Source: Octopus sinensis (taxonomy: Eukaryota). From it: 64,000 nucleotides of DNA. The notes below the pieces were generated by a model. The model was not told the DNA's origin and ran no database searches. It worked only from the letters and a program-made list of their open reading frames with translations. Location: assembly GCF_006345805.1 (NCBI RefSeq), contig NC_043003.1:29574001-29638000 (forward strand). Reading direction: 5' to 3'. The stretch's first letter is position 1; each line of letters begins with the position of its first letter. The position numbers were made by a program, and so were the translations under genes. This document shows, piece after piece, positions 52,300 through 64,000 of the stretch.

Positions 52300-52710
52300 G
52301 CAGGATGAGAGAGGCATTTAACTCAATAAAAGATGTGCTCAAAAAGCTAGACAATACCATACATGCCAGACACTGCAATAGCACCATCCAACCTTCACTC
52401 TTATATGCAAGTGAGACACGAGCTTCTATAAAGGGGATAGAACATTGAATGGCTACAGCAAAAAGGGCCATAGAAAGATCCATGCTAGGAATATTATTAC
52501 GAGAACATATTCAAAATAAGATAATTCAAGAACAGAATGGAGTGAATGATGAGATTGCAGAATATTGAAAGCACAAGTTCTGCTGGGCTGGACACATAGC
52601 AAGGTTCACAGACAACTGGTTGAGCCATGCAGTTACCAAGTGGTACCTAAAAGATTGAAAAAGGACACTTGAAGGCCTCCATGATGATGGGAAAATGATC
52701 TAACAAAGCA
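52300..52710 (+). mobile_element. 3' fragment of a second RTE-type lineage
   Basis: KRAIERSMLGILLREHIQNKIIQEQNGVND...KFCWAGHIARFTDNW. Confidence 0.7.
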
Positions 52711-52720
52711 ATATATATAT

Positions 52721-52787
<67 letters not shown>

Positions 52788-53869
52788 CATATACACACAC
52801 ACACATACATGCTTGCATGCACACACATAAGATAGATAGACAGATTAACTGTGTCCATGTTATTTGTGAACACCAGCATGATTTTGTTTTTCTTTTAAAA
52901 CCTAATATATCAGCTATAAGAGCTAATAGATCATCTGTAAGGTTTCCTATATCATCTGTGATTTCCATTGTTTCCTAGATATTTTCTTTCCCTCTCTCAA
53001 TTACAGGAAAATAATCCCCATCACTCTTCGCAGAGTGTATATATTTTCAATTCCTATTCTATGTCTATATCATTTGAACAATATTTCCTACATACATTCT
53101 AGATATTCCAAAATATCTTCTGTTTTCTGTAATCAATACCTTTATTATCTAGACACCTTTACTAACTTTCACTGGGTCTTTCTTATAAACTAACATTGTT
53201 TTGTCAATGAATCAAACTCAAATATTCTATGTTTATCTGTCCTTATTTTAAACCATCTGATATCTTACAAATTTCATCTTACAAATAACTTCATACAAAC
53301 ATTATAAAATACTTCATAGTGTCTGCTATTTTGTTCAGCTAGAAAATTCTTTCACCAAATAACCATGTCTGTGATCATTATATTTTCCTCTTGTTTTTTG
53401 CACTATCTTCTACACTTTTATTTGCAATATACAAATATGACCTTATATTCTCAATTTCTATATTCCCTTCATGGGCTTGATATTTTATCACTACACCCGT
53501 ATCTATCAGATGTCTCTAAATTTCTGATTCCCTGTCAGTACACGAGACATCCCACTTCACCTTTCCATGGTTACCTTAATACTATGTACCAAATAAACAA
53601 CATTAAGATAATAGTGCTGAACCAATTTAGAAAATGAGGTGCTGAGCTAAGGCTGTATAACAACAAGCAAGGGGAAATTTCTTTGAAATAATGATTGTTT
53701 TAAACTAATTTAGTTTAATTTGTTAATGTTAATTGATATCAATTAGATTAATTAAGTTAACTACAGGTTATAAGATCATCAAAAAAAGGTCAAAGGTGTC
53801 TAAACAGCATTCAGTAAGACCTTTATCAATCATTCTCTGGTTAATATAAGCTTTATATAGCTATGGTAC

Positions 53870-54270
53870 ATACACACTAAGAGTTTGCACCTCCAGTCTG
53901 GAACCCCCATCCTCTCCAGAATATTGATCTATTGGAAGCTGTTCAGAGATGATGAATACTCTCTATCAGTCACTTACCATATCTTGAATATATTGCTTCT
54001 CTGGGTATTGACACACTAAAGCCTTGTTGTCTCGCATCTGACATAGTAGAAGCCCACAAGATTATCCCACCAACTTTCCAAGGACAACTTCAGCCACTTT
54101 CATGAATTCAATACCTACTACCATTCATGGACATGTTTATAAAATAAAAGAGACAGTGCAACACCTATGACACTTAGAATCATTTTTTTCACACTCAGAA
54201 TTGTCAAAGTATGGAATAGACTACCTGCATCAATTGTTAGCTATCAGGGTACTACATCCTTTATTAATTT
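53870..54270 (+). mobile_element. CR1-clade LINE 3' fragment
   Basis: PVWNP...NIDLLEAVQR...LGIDTLK...HFFTLRIVKVWNRLPASIV fragments across frames. Confidence 0.7.
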
Positions 54271-54519
54271 TATGTTTCCTGTAATTTGCCAACACCACTC
54301 ATGACACACATCCTTTCTTCTTTAAGATCCTTTTGTGTATTGTGCATGTACTTTTGGCTATCATTGCTGTCTTTCATCACTTAACTTAGTGCTAATTTTG
54401 TCCCCCTTCTTTTACCCTTTTCTGTTTAGCAGTAGTACACCTGAACATAGTATACTGTAGGCTCATTAATATTGTTAGTAGTAGTATAATAAAACTAATT
54501 GTTAAAAGCACCTCTAAGC

Positions 54520-54678
54520 TTTTGAAGCATGGCTGTGTAGTAAGAAGCTTGCTCCCCAACCACATGGTTCCAGGTTCAACCCCACTGTGTGACACCTGGG
54601 AAAGTGTCTTCTACTATAGCCTTGGGCTGACCAAAGCCTTGTGAGTAGATTTGGTAGAAGGAAATTGAAAGAAACCCA

Positions 54679-54734
<56 letters not shown>

Positions 54735-54950
54735 TTTGTGTCTGTGCTTATTCTCACCACCACTTGACAACCAGTGTTAGTGTGTCTATGTCTCTGTAAC
54801 TTAGTGGTTTGACTAAAGAGACCAATAGAATAAGTACCAGTTTTTAAAAAAATAAGTATTGGGGTCAATTCATTTGACTAAAAAATTCTTCAAGGTAGTA
54901 CCCCAGCATGGCCACAGTCTAATGACTAAAACAAGGAAAAGAAATTATAA
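54520..54950 (+). mobile_element. SINE family 1, near full length
   Basis: Head, (TG)n and 3' domain collinear with 57762-58170. Confidence 0.85.
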
Positions 54951-55589
54951 AGAAGACTATGAGACTCTAAGACATAGCCTGATTAGTTTTCACCTTAAAC
55001 CACTCTTGGATTAATAGGATTTTGTACTCTTCACAGATGACTATTAATACACTAAACTTTATTGTATTAACATTTCATCTTGTTTGATGCTAGTCCAATC
55101 TTGAAATATATTGAAAACATTGTCTATTGGAATTGATTCAACCACTTATTCTACTCTCTAATAAAGTTATAACATTGTACTTTGTATCATTATTCTTATT
55201 AAACAATATGTAGGGATATAGCAAATAGTTTAGTTCTGGATGTCATGTTTAACATCACATGAAAAAATGTCATTTCACTACATCAACAAACAATGAAATC
55301 AGTGCTATTAAAGCTTTGTTCCACTGAATATGCCTCACCAATATTGTGAGCCTAATGAAAATATGTAGAGGTGATATACACTAATACTGACAATAAATCA
55401 ACAACTCCTGTAGATACTCTAAAATCATTGGGGTTGCAAAATGGGAAGGGATTCAAAAAGTAGAGTGTACTCAATCCCCATGTTTGGAGGTAAATATCCC
55501 TTAACACAAAAATGTTCTATTACCTGAAACAGGGTGTAGATGCAGGTAGCATGTAGTGGTAAATCAAGAGCAGACTGCAGATGAAATAT

Positions 55590-55790
55590 TATTGATTTCA
55601 AATGTTGGCACAAGGCCAGCAAGTTTGGGGTAGGTGGTCAACTGGTATCCCTTTTATTGATCCTGAAAGGATGAAAGGCAAAGTCAGTCCTGGCAGAATT
55701 TGAACTCAGAGCATGAAGACAGACAAAATGCCCCTGAGCATTTTGTCCTGCATGCTAATGATTCTGTGCTAGCTTGCTACCTTCGCTTCT
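55590..55790 (-). mobile_element. SINE family 2
   Basis: GATCCTGAAAGGATGAAAGGCAAAGTC...GAATTTGAACTCAGA, as at 58.8-59.6 kb. Confidence 0.75.
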
Positions 55791-56486
55791 GACGAAATAT
55801 TAAAATGAACATGTCTAAAGTTAGAAGTAATTATTGAGATATCTGATACTTAGAGTAGACAGTGGTAATGAATGTAACCACAAGGTACTCGATAGTCATC
55901 ATCATCATCATCATCATTTTAACACTCCCTTTTCCATGCTTGCATGGGTTGGACAGAGTTTATTAAAGCATATTCTATATGGCTGGGTTCCCTTCCTGTC
56001 TCAAGCTCTTACCTGCTTCCAAGTAAAGTGATATTTCCCCATAACCAGACATGTTTCCATAGAATATTGGTAATTAATGACACTGCTCGTATGATAGTGA
56101 CACTTAATTACAACTATCATGTTATGTCAAGACAAAGAGATACAAACATATACTCACACACACAAACACACATACACGCACACATATATTTGTATAGTAT
56201 ATGAGTGTGTGTATGTTTTTTATATATGTATATATATGTGTACACACACACACATATTTATAAATGTTCTAAAATCTTCCCGGCTTTGTTTTTTTTTATC
56301 TCATTCTGAAAAAATTTTTTATATATACGCATGCTGATATATGACCTACGTTATTCGTGTAATCACCAAACCTGGAGCTTAACTATGGTCTATCCATAGC
56401 ACTTACTCAGCATTACCTGACACCTTTGGGTCTTACTGACTCCATTACCACTCATAACCGCTCTCTCTCTCTCTCCTCTCTCTCTC

Positions 56487-56532
<46 letters not shown>

Positions 56533-57761
56533 AAGCTTTTTCAGTTTCTATTTCCTAAATCCACTTACAAGGCCTTGGTCAGCCTAGGGTTATAGCAAAA
56601 GACACTCGCTCAAGCTGTCATGCAGTGGGGTTGAACCCACAACTTTGTGGTTGTGAAGCAAACGTCTTAACCATGCATCCATACCTGCATCTATAACTTT
56701 ATTATTCATGTTTAACAAAAATTATTTTGAATAACATTTTTCATGACACTCAAGCAATAATTCAGACTGTCTAATGCCTTAAATTATACTTTAAAAAATT
56801 TTTGCTGCACATGGATACCACTTGTGGTGCATCATTAGCAATCCACTAGTTTGTTTTAACAAGGACCATCTGGTCATCCTAGGATGAATGAATGTGTAAT
56901 ACTTCAACCACTGCAATAAAAGCTGCTATTTATGGCTCTAAAATGTTCCAGCAGTCGATAACCAATGAAGCCTGCGACTGATATGCACCCCTTCAACATG
57001 GTACACAATGAAGTGAACCATAAAACAGCTGACCCTCAGAACAACTGGTCTAGGTTTTATACGGCTGACATTTGCATGTAGAAAGTTAAAGAGGAACACT
57101 GAAATCTTTGTTGAGCTTACAGCCGTTTTAAGGCCTGAGCTTATCCTGATTTTCAAGGCATTTAAGCTGACAATTCAAGACTCCTTTTCTTTAATGGAAC
57201 ATCATTTCAGTGCAGGTTTAACCCTTATAAGCTATTGGTACCTATTTTCAGTTGAGGGTACTGGAGTATCATGAAGGACACAACATACCACTTGATATGA
57301 GAATCAAATTTATGACCCACAAGCCTAATCCATAGGCCATGTACCTTCACTAAAAGGGAGTGAAGACTGTTGTTTTCTGTAAAAGGGTGTTGTATCATTA
57401 AAAGATAAAAAGCAGCGTGAGTGAGTTAAAAGAGTGTAAGGGGAATTTAAAAGAAATTTACAAATAGCTTTGGGGACTTCATTTGCTAACTCAAGTTACA
57501 TTGAAATTTTATTTAGGCAGTGACAGTAATACTTTCATTAAGGGATCCACATAGTAGAGCAGAAGGATGTTGGTGCCAGTAAGTCAGTGTTCTGTAGGGA
57601 CTGGAGCAACTGTCACCACTTTGCAAGGTAACAGATTTGATGGTGTCAAGTTACATATTTGTTTATGAGCTGAGTATGGATGCATGATACACATATAGCT
57701 GGGTGGAAGTAGATCACAGTGATAGCATGCTGGAAAGGAAATAATCTTATTGCAGGCAAAA

Positions 57762-58170
57762 AGGCGCAGGAGTGGCAGTGTGGTAAGTAGCTTGCTTACG
57801 AACCACATGGTTCCGGTTTCAGTCCCACTGCGTGGCACCTTGGGCAAGTGTCTTCTACCATAGCCTCGGGCCGACCAAAGCCTTGTGAGTGGATTTGGTA
57901 GATGGAAACTGAAAGAAGCCCGTCGTATATATGTATATATATATATATGTGTGTATGTGCGTGTTTGTGTGTCTGTGTTTGTCCCCCCAACATCGCTTGA
58001 CAACCGATGCTGGTGAGTTTACATCCACGTAACTTAGTGGTTTGACAAAAAGAGACCAATAAAATAAGTACTAGGCTTACAAAGAATAAGACCTGGGGTC
58101 GATTTGATCGACTAAAGGCGGTGCTCCAGCATGGCCACAGTCACATGACTGAAACAAGTAAAAGAGAGAA
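57762..58170 (+). mobile_element. SINE family 1, full length (tRNA head, internal TA/TG tract)
   Basis: GGCGCAGGAGTGGCAGTGTGGTAAG A-box-like, GGTTTCAGTCCC B-box-like; more than ten related fragments in the window. May be one of the described octopus tRNA-SINEs; not assignable here. Confidence 0.85.
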
Positions 58171-58792
58171 AGAAAGAGAGATATACCCCAGCAATATATT
58201 TAGCAATATAAAATAAGGATTGAAGAAATCAATGTGAATACCTCAGTCATCACTCCATGCAAAGAAACCTGGTTAACTGTTATAAATATAGAAATGCATA
58301 TAGGTTAAATACACCAGGTGATCCATACAAACTGTAAATCCAAGATTATTCACCAATCACTTGGTTTGTGCAGTAATCATAGATATAATAGCAACCAGAC
58401 AATGAATGATGATTATGTTGTTATATACTGTAACTTTAGTTAATGTTACAAACATTTCACCTAGCTAGAAGAACTGTTTCCTCACTATACAGCTACTTCC
58501 ACCTTCTTCTTAAATTATCTATGTAACAAGTGCTCCTTTCCTAACTAATTTATAATCATTAATCTATCCTCATCTAGTGCACCAAAATTTTATTCAGTTA
58601 AATAAAATTTAACTGAATCTATTAGCTAATATTTCTTGAAAAGATTACAGAGGTGGATATTTAACTTACAAAATTTTACATACATTTATTATATGCCCAG
58701 TTAACCTTCCTACATTCTCTCTTCTTGTTAATTTAAAATACCACACTTCCAAAGATTAAGGCAATAAATAATAATAATAATTATCATTATTA

Positions 58793-58821
<29 letters not shown>

Positions 58822-58823
<2 letters not shown>

Positions 58824-59299
58824 GATCTTTTCTACTAAAGATACAAGGCCTGAAATTTGTGGGAAGGGGACTAGTCAATAACATTGACCCAAGTGTTTTA
58901 CTGGTACTTAGTTTGTCGACTCCGAAAGGAGAAAAGGCAAAGTCAACCTCGGTGGAATCTGAACTCAGAATGTAGCAGTAGACAAAATACTTATTTCTTT
59001 ACTACCCACAAGGGGCTAAACACAGAGGGAACAAACAAGGACAGACACACGGATTAAGTTGATTACATCGACCCCAGTGCATAACTGGTACTTAATTTAT
59101 CGACCCTGAAAGGATGAAAGGCAAAGTCGACCTCGGTGGAATTTGAACTCAGAATGTAACGGCAGACGAAATATGGCTACTCATTTCGCCCAGTGTGCTA
59201 ATGTTTCTGCCAGCTCGCCGCTGTTAAGCATTTTGCCTGGCATGCTAATGATTCTGCCTGCTCACCACCTTAATAATGATAATAATAATAATAATAATG

Positions 59300-59345
<46 letters not shown>

Positions 59346-59570
59346 TAATAATAGTTTCAAATTTTGCCACAAGAGCAGCAATTTTGGTGGAGGGGATGAG
59401 TCGATTACATTGCCCCCAATGTTCAACTGGTACTTATTTTATCAACCCCGCAAGGATGAAAGGCAAAGCCAACCTTGGCGGAATTTGAACTCAGAACATA
59501 GCGATGGGCGAAATACCACTAGGCATTTCATCCAGCCTGCTAACAATTCTGCCAGCTTGCCATCTTCAAT
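58822..59570 (-). mobile_element. Three tandem SINE family 2 copies separated by (AAT)n
   Basis: AAAGGCAAAGTC(G/A)ACCTCGGTGGAATTTGAACTCAGAA occurs three times; minus-strand B-box GAGTTCAAATTCC. Confidence 0.85.
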
Positions 59571-60019
59571 AATTAAAATAATAATAATAATAATAATTTT
59601 TTCATACTCTGTTCTCACTGACTAGCATACTCTTAAACTCAATGACACCTTGACTTCTTAAGACCGTGAATTTGAAAAGTATATAATCAATCAAAGCAGG
59701 TAATTTGATATATCAGTTATCCACAGTCCCTATCTATAACACAATACATCCCACTTTCACAAATATGTTTGCTGGAAACTTTGAAAATCTGCCATAATCA
59801 CTTTAAGGTCAGAGGAGATTGATTAGGGTCTAAGTGTACCATTAATTTCTCAGTTGAGCTAATGACTGATTAATTCTGAATGCAGACCATTGTATAGCGA
59901 GGGAACAGTTCCTCCAGCCATAACAATGGATAAAGTTATGTAAAAGTATGATTTTCATTTCTTTTATCTGATCTCTCCCTCTCTCCCTCTTACTTTCTGT
60001 ACATACACACACACACACA

Positions 60020-60077
<58 letters not shown>

Positions 60078-60284
60078 ATACATATATATATATATTATAT
60101 ATATGTGCCCATGTATGTATGTACGTATGTATGTATGTATGTATGTATGTATGTATGTATGTATGTATGTATGTGTGCATGCTTGGTGTTCTCTTATCTT
60201 GGCAACACGTGCCTCAGTTAACTTTGTCTGATCCATGCAAGCGTGGAAGAGTGAATGTTGTTAAAACAATGATAAATAATGAAA

Positions 60285-60335
<51 letters not shown>

Positions 60336-61030
60336 CACACATACATACATATATATATATATACATCCATCCATACATACATACATACATACATACATAC
60401 ATACATACATACATACATACGTGTGTGTGTGTATGATCTTCACCATCATATTTCTACATCTGCTTCCCATGCTGGCATGGGTTGGGTTGATTTTCATGGG
60501 CTAAATAATTTCTTATCGGGAACTGCTGCTTCCATGGTCTCGTACTCACACATCTCATTTAGTTTGGTTTGTATGGAGATGCTCTTCCTTTCCCCAATCC
60601 CTTTGCAGAATGAGTAGAGTGCATTCATTTGTAACACTAGCACTAGAGAGGCTGAATAAAAGGACCTCAGAAACTGATGCATTTTCTGCTTATTTGCTAA
60701 CCATTTTACAGTGTGTACAGGTTGTGTTTTGTGATACCAGTACAAGAGAGATTGCCTCACCCAACAGTCACTTTGAGGGAGCACAATTTACCAGCCTTCT
60801 AATGTGGTACCTGTACAGGAAAGGATGGTGCCTTGTGCATAGGTACAATATAGAAAGTGATCAGAGAACAAATATATGTAGACCAGGGAAGAGAAATAGT
60901 GGGGTGCCATCTCAGCAGTGAGGTCAAGTATAGTTGAGGGCAACAAATGTACAATTGCCAACCTTGCACAAGTATCAAGAGTACTCAACCTTGGGAATTT
61001 ATATTTACTCAGGTGGCCAAGGAAGAAATT

Positions 61031-61070
<40 letters not shown>

Positions 61071-61894
61071 AATGATATCAGAAGGATCAGGATGACTAGG
61101 TGGAAGAGAAAAAGCAGAAGTATGATGTAAGCAGCAGGGTTACTTACAATTGAATTGAGTAAGGAGTGATTGACAACAGCAGGGATGAACTAAAGGTGAG
61201 GAGGTGGGGGTGATAAGATAAAACATAGGTTATGGGCATCAATAGAAGTGACCCTAACTAGGGGAGAATGTGATAGTTGGTAATAGACAAGGGCAAACAG
61301 AGTAAGAGAGATACACAATAGAGACGTTTTAGCAGCATGAGGATGGAACAACGCAATCTCTTATACATCAGGAGTTCCTGATAAGTAGGCCTTGAGAAGG
61401 GTGAGCAAGTCAGAAGGATAAGATGGTCCATTGTAGTCTCTTATACATAGGTCTAGTGGAGAAATAAAAGTGGGTTGATGGGTGGTGGGCTTTAAGCAAT
61501 AGAGTATTAGGGGTGTTCAAAGGATTCAAATGTTGTAAGATGAGGAGGGCAGCAAAACATGCTGTTCAGTTGGTGGAATAAAAGTTATCTCAGCCTCTCA
61601 TACATAGCCCCATGTCAAAGCATGTTTCATCACAGTGGTTGAGTCTATTGCAACAGCACATATTGGTTTCAAATTCTGATACAAGGCCAGCAATTTCTGG
61701 GGTGGGATTAAGTCAATTGCTTCAACCCCCCAGTGCTCAACTAGTACTTATTTTTTCATCACTTCATCCAAAATCTTTCTCTTTTCCATGGGTTCATTAA
61801 CTTGAATTTCACAGCATTTATTTATGCAGTTATCCTCTATGTGCATCCCATGCCATAACTAGTGCTGTCTTTTTATTTGACTACGATGTTTTTC

Positions 61895-62216
61895 TACCTA
61901 TCATGCACCAGAACTTCACAAGTGAAATGTTGTACAAACAACTATGGTATATTACAGGTGCAGATTGTCTCCTCAGGTGACTTGTTAAAAAGTACCTCTT
62001 ATTTTTCAGTGTTTTGCTTATTTCTATAACAATACATTTTGGTAGTTGTAGTATACTGCATCTACACAAGTTCTTTGTGTAGATGTGTGGTACACTACAA
62101 CTATCAAAATATATTATTATAGAAATAACAAAAATGGCAAACACATCTGCACCTATGATGCACCACAACTGTTTGTACAACTTCTCACCTGCAAGGTTCC
62201 AGTGCATGATAGGTGG
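61895..62216. repeat. Degenerate nested fold-back of about 320 bp (MITE-like)
   Basis: CTACCTATCATGCAC...GGTGCAGAT pairs with ATCTGCACC...GTGCATGATAGGTGG; inner stem CATCTACAC/GTGTAGATG. Confidence 0.65.
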
Positions 62217-63446
62217 AAATGATTGTAGTGCATAATAGGTGGAAATGATTGTAGTGAATAAATGAATTCCATTTTCTTTTTCTCATATTTTTATAAACTC
62301 TATGGACACAAATTCCTGAAATAAATCCAATTGTTTGTACCTCCATATTGTCTACTGTACCAAGATTACTTTTCTGTTGCACTTCACCCCAACTTTTCTG
62401 CACTTTCATTCATCTCCTACTCTCCAACCCATATGTATCATTGGTAACCCCCCACCCCTTTTCCATCATTCATTACACCCACCCCTTAACCCTACCCAAT
62501 CTTTGCAGTTGTCACCTACTCTTCCCTGCCTTCATTAATCATCATCCCTCAACATTATTTTTCATTTATTATATTCACTCTCTCATCCATTCCACATTTT
62601 TAATCACCTCTCACTCTCTAATACTCTCTTGCAACTTGCACCCAACCCTGTTCTCCTGTCCCCACTCACATCTATTCACCTTATACTTTGAGGATTGACC
62701 TTGACACCACATCACTACTACTTTTATCTCTCTCCTGTTCCACATCTGACACTTCCACCCTCCCTTCTATATTGTGAGTGGCTATGTAGCTCCTCTACAG
62801 CAAAAAAACCTGTTCTGATCCTTTCTCTTACATTTTAACTTCTCCTCTCCTAGCATAAAGCTGCCTCCCTCTTTACCACACCACTTCTCAATTGAAAGGT
62901 ATCTTACTCTTGCCAACTGCATGGTGATTTCACTAGTGTTGTACTACTAAAAAAGCACCTAATACATGCTGAAAAGTGATTGACATTAGGAAGAGAGCCC
63001 AGTCATAAAAACTGTGCCAAAGCACACATTGGAGTATTTTGCAGTTCACAAACCTATCAAGTCTTGATAAACCATCCAACACATGCCAGCATGGAATATG
63101 GACAAGATGATATATTAGCTCAGATTTAGGGAAGATTGAATTTTCCCTTTTGGTTTTATATTGCATGTAGCTGCCTATGTTCTTTTGTAATTTTCACATC
63201 AGCATTTTCTAACTCAGCCATGAATTTATATGGTAAATATATATATACTGACAATCTGGATTTAGCCAAACCATTCAGCGATGGAGTAGTCACTGTTGAT
63301 GAGTCTGCAATTTTACAAATAAAACTCATCTAGTCCAGTGATCTAGCCTTGCTTATGGGATGGTAATCTCCCCTATCACTGTATAAAAATGTGCTTCCTT
63401 GCAGTTCTAAGGGTTTTAACTCTTATAGCATCTTCAGTCACATTTA

Positions 63447-63557
63447 GTGACAATTGAATCTTCCTTGTTGGTTTTATATTACATATGGCTATCTACATTT
63501 TACATGGCAATTGAATCTTCCTTATTGGTTTTATATTACACATGTCTATCTACATTT

Positions 63558-63560
<3 letters not shown>
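63447..63560. repeat. 57-bp tandem duplication
   Basis: CAATTGAATCTTCCTT...GGTTTTATATTACA...CTATCTACATTTTACAT occurs twice; a related copy lies near 63136. Confidence 0.85.
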
Positions 63561-63599
<39 letters not shown>

Positions 63600-64000
63600 A
63601 TATATATCATCAGTTGTTCGTATATCTTCTATCTGAAAAAGAAACACACTCTAGGAATCTTTGATTCTGAGTTGCCTTTACTACTAAACACTTTATAAGT
63701 CACTCCAGGACCAGTCGTAACTTTTAACTTCTTAAAATATATATACATATATACGAGTGAGTGGACAAATGAAAGAAGGGCACTCAACAATTTATTGGGA
63801 GTTTCATGTATGGATCAAAACAGTCTGATTCAAATTCATTGGTACTCTTGAGTATGAACGAATTTGAATCGTCAGCCATTTTGAATTTGAATGACAGAAG
63901 TTGATTGTTATTACTGTAAGGTGGGCTGTGATTGATCAAGAAAGGTCATGCAGTGTTGTGGTTTGATGTTGATACATGGGTACATGCATGTGAATATAAA

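Noticed and set aside
55790-55810. CTGACGAA core-like word
   Set aside because: No stem II, GAAA or stem I follows.
60600-61600. Possible second Penelope-like remnant
   Set aside because: No GIY-YIG or RT motifs recoverable in any frame by eye.
62770-62810. Possible seventh hammerhead family (TGTAG-CTCCT-CTACA hairpin, similar at 18700)
   Set aside because: No core CUGANGA or GAAA could be read in either copy.

Overview
Repeat-dense eukaryotic DNA. The microsatellite load and the RTE LINE, mariner and tRNA-SINE families suggest a cephalopod, probably Octopus (inference). One host coding exon is recognisable: a terminal exon (19987-21330, +) of a CABIT-domain, GAREM/THEMIS-like adaptor. The rest is decayed mobile DNA: RTE LINEs with a PHD-type finger inside the RT, a Penelope-like RT/GIY-YIG remnant, a Gypsy gag remnant, a CR1 fragment, four Tc1/mariner-superfamily lineages, tRNA-derived SINE families, a tRNA-Arg(TCT) pseudogene and many fold-back duplications. 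The main unexplained signal is at least 11 minimal type-I hammerhead ribozyme motifs from six short repeat families, with covarying stems and unusual core variants (U3:A8, U4C, A6U). One family has a tRNA-like Pol III head, one sits in a 361-bp retrozyme-like monomer, and two copies lie in sense just downstream of the host stop codon. All folds were derived by hand; activity is untested and most copies carry CpG-type decay.
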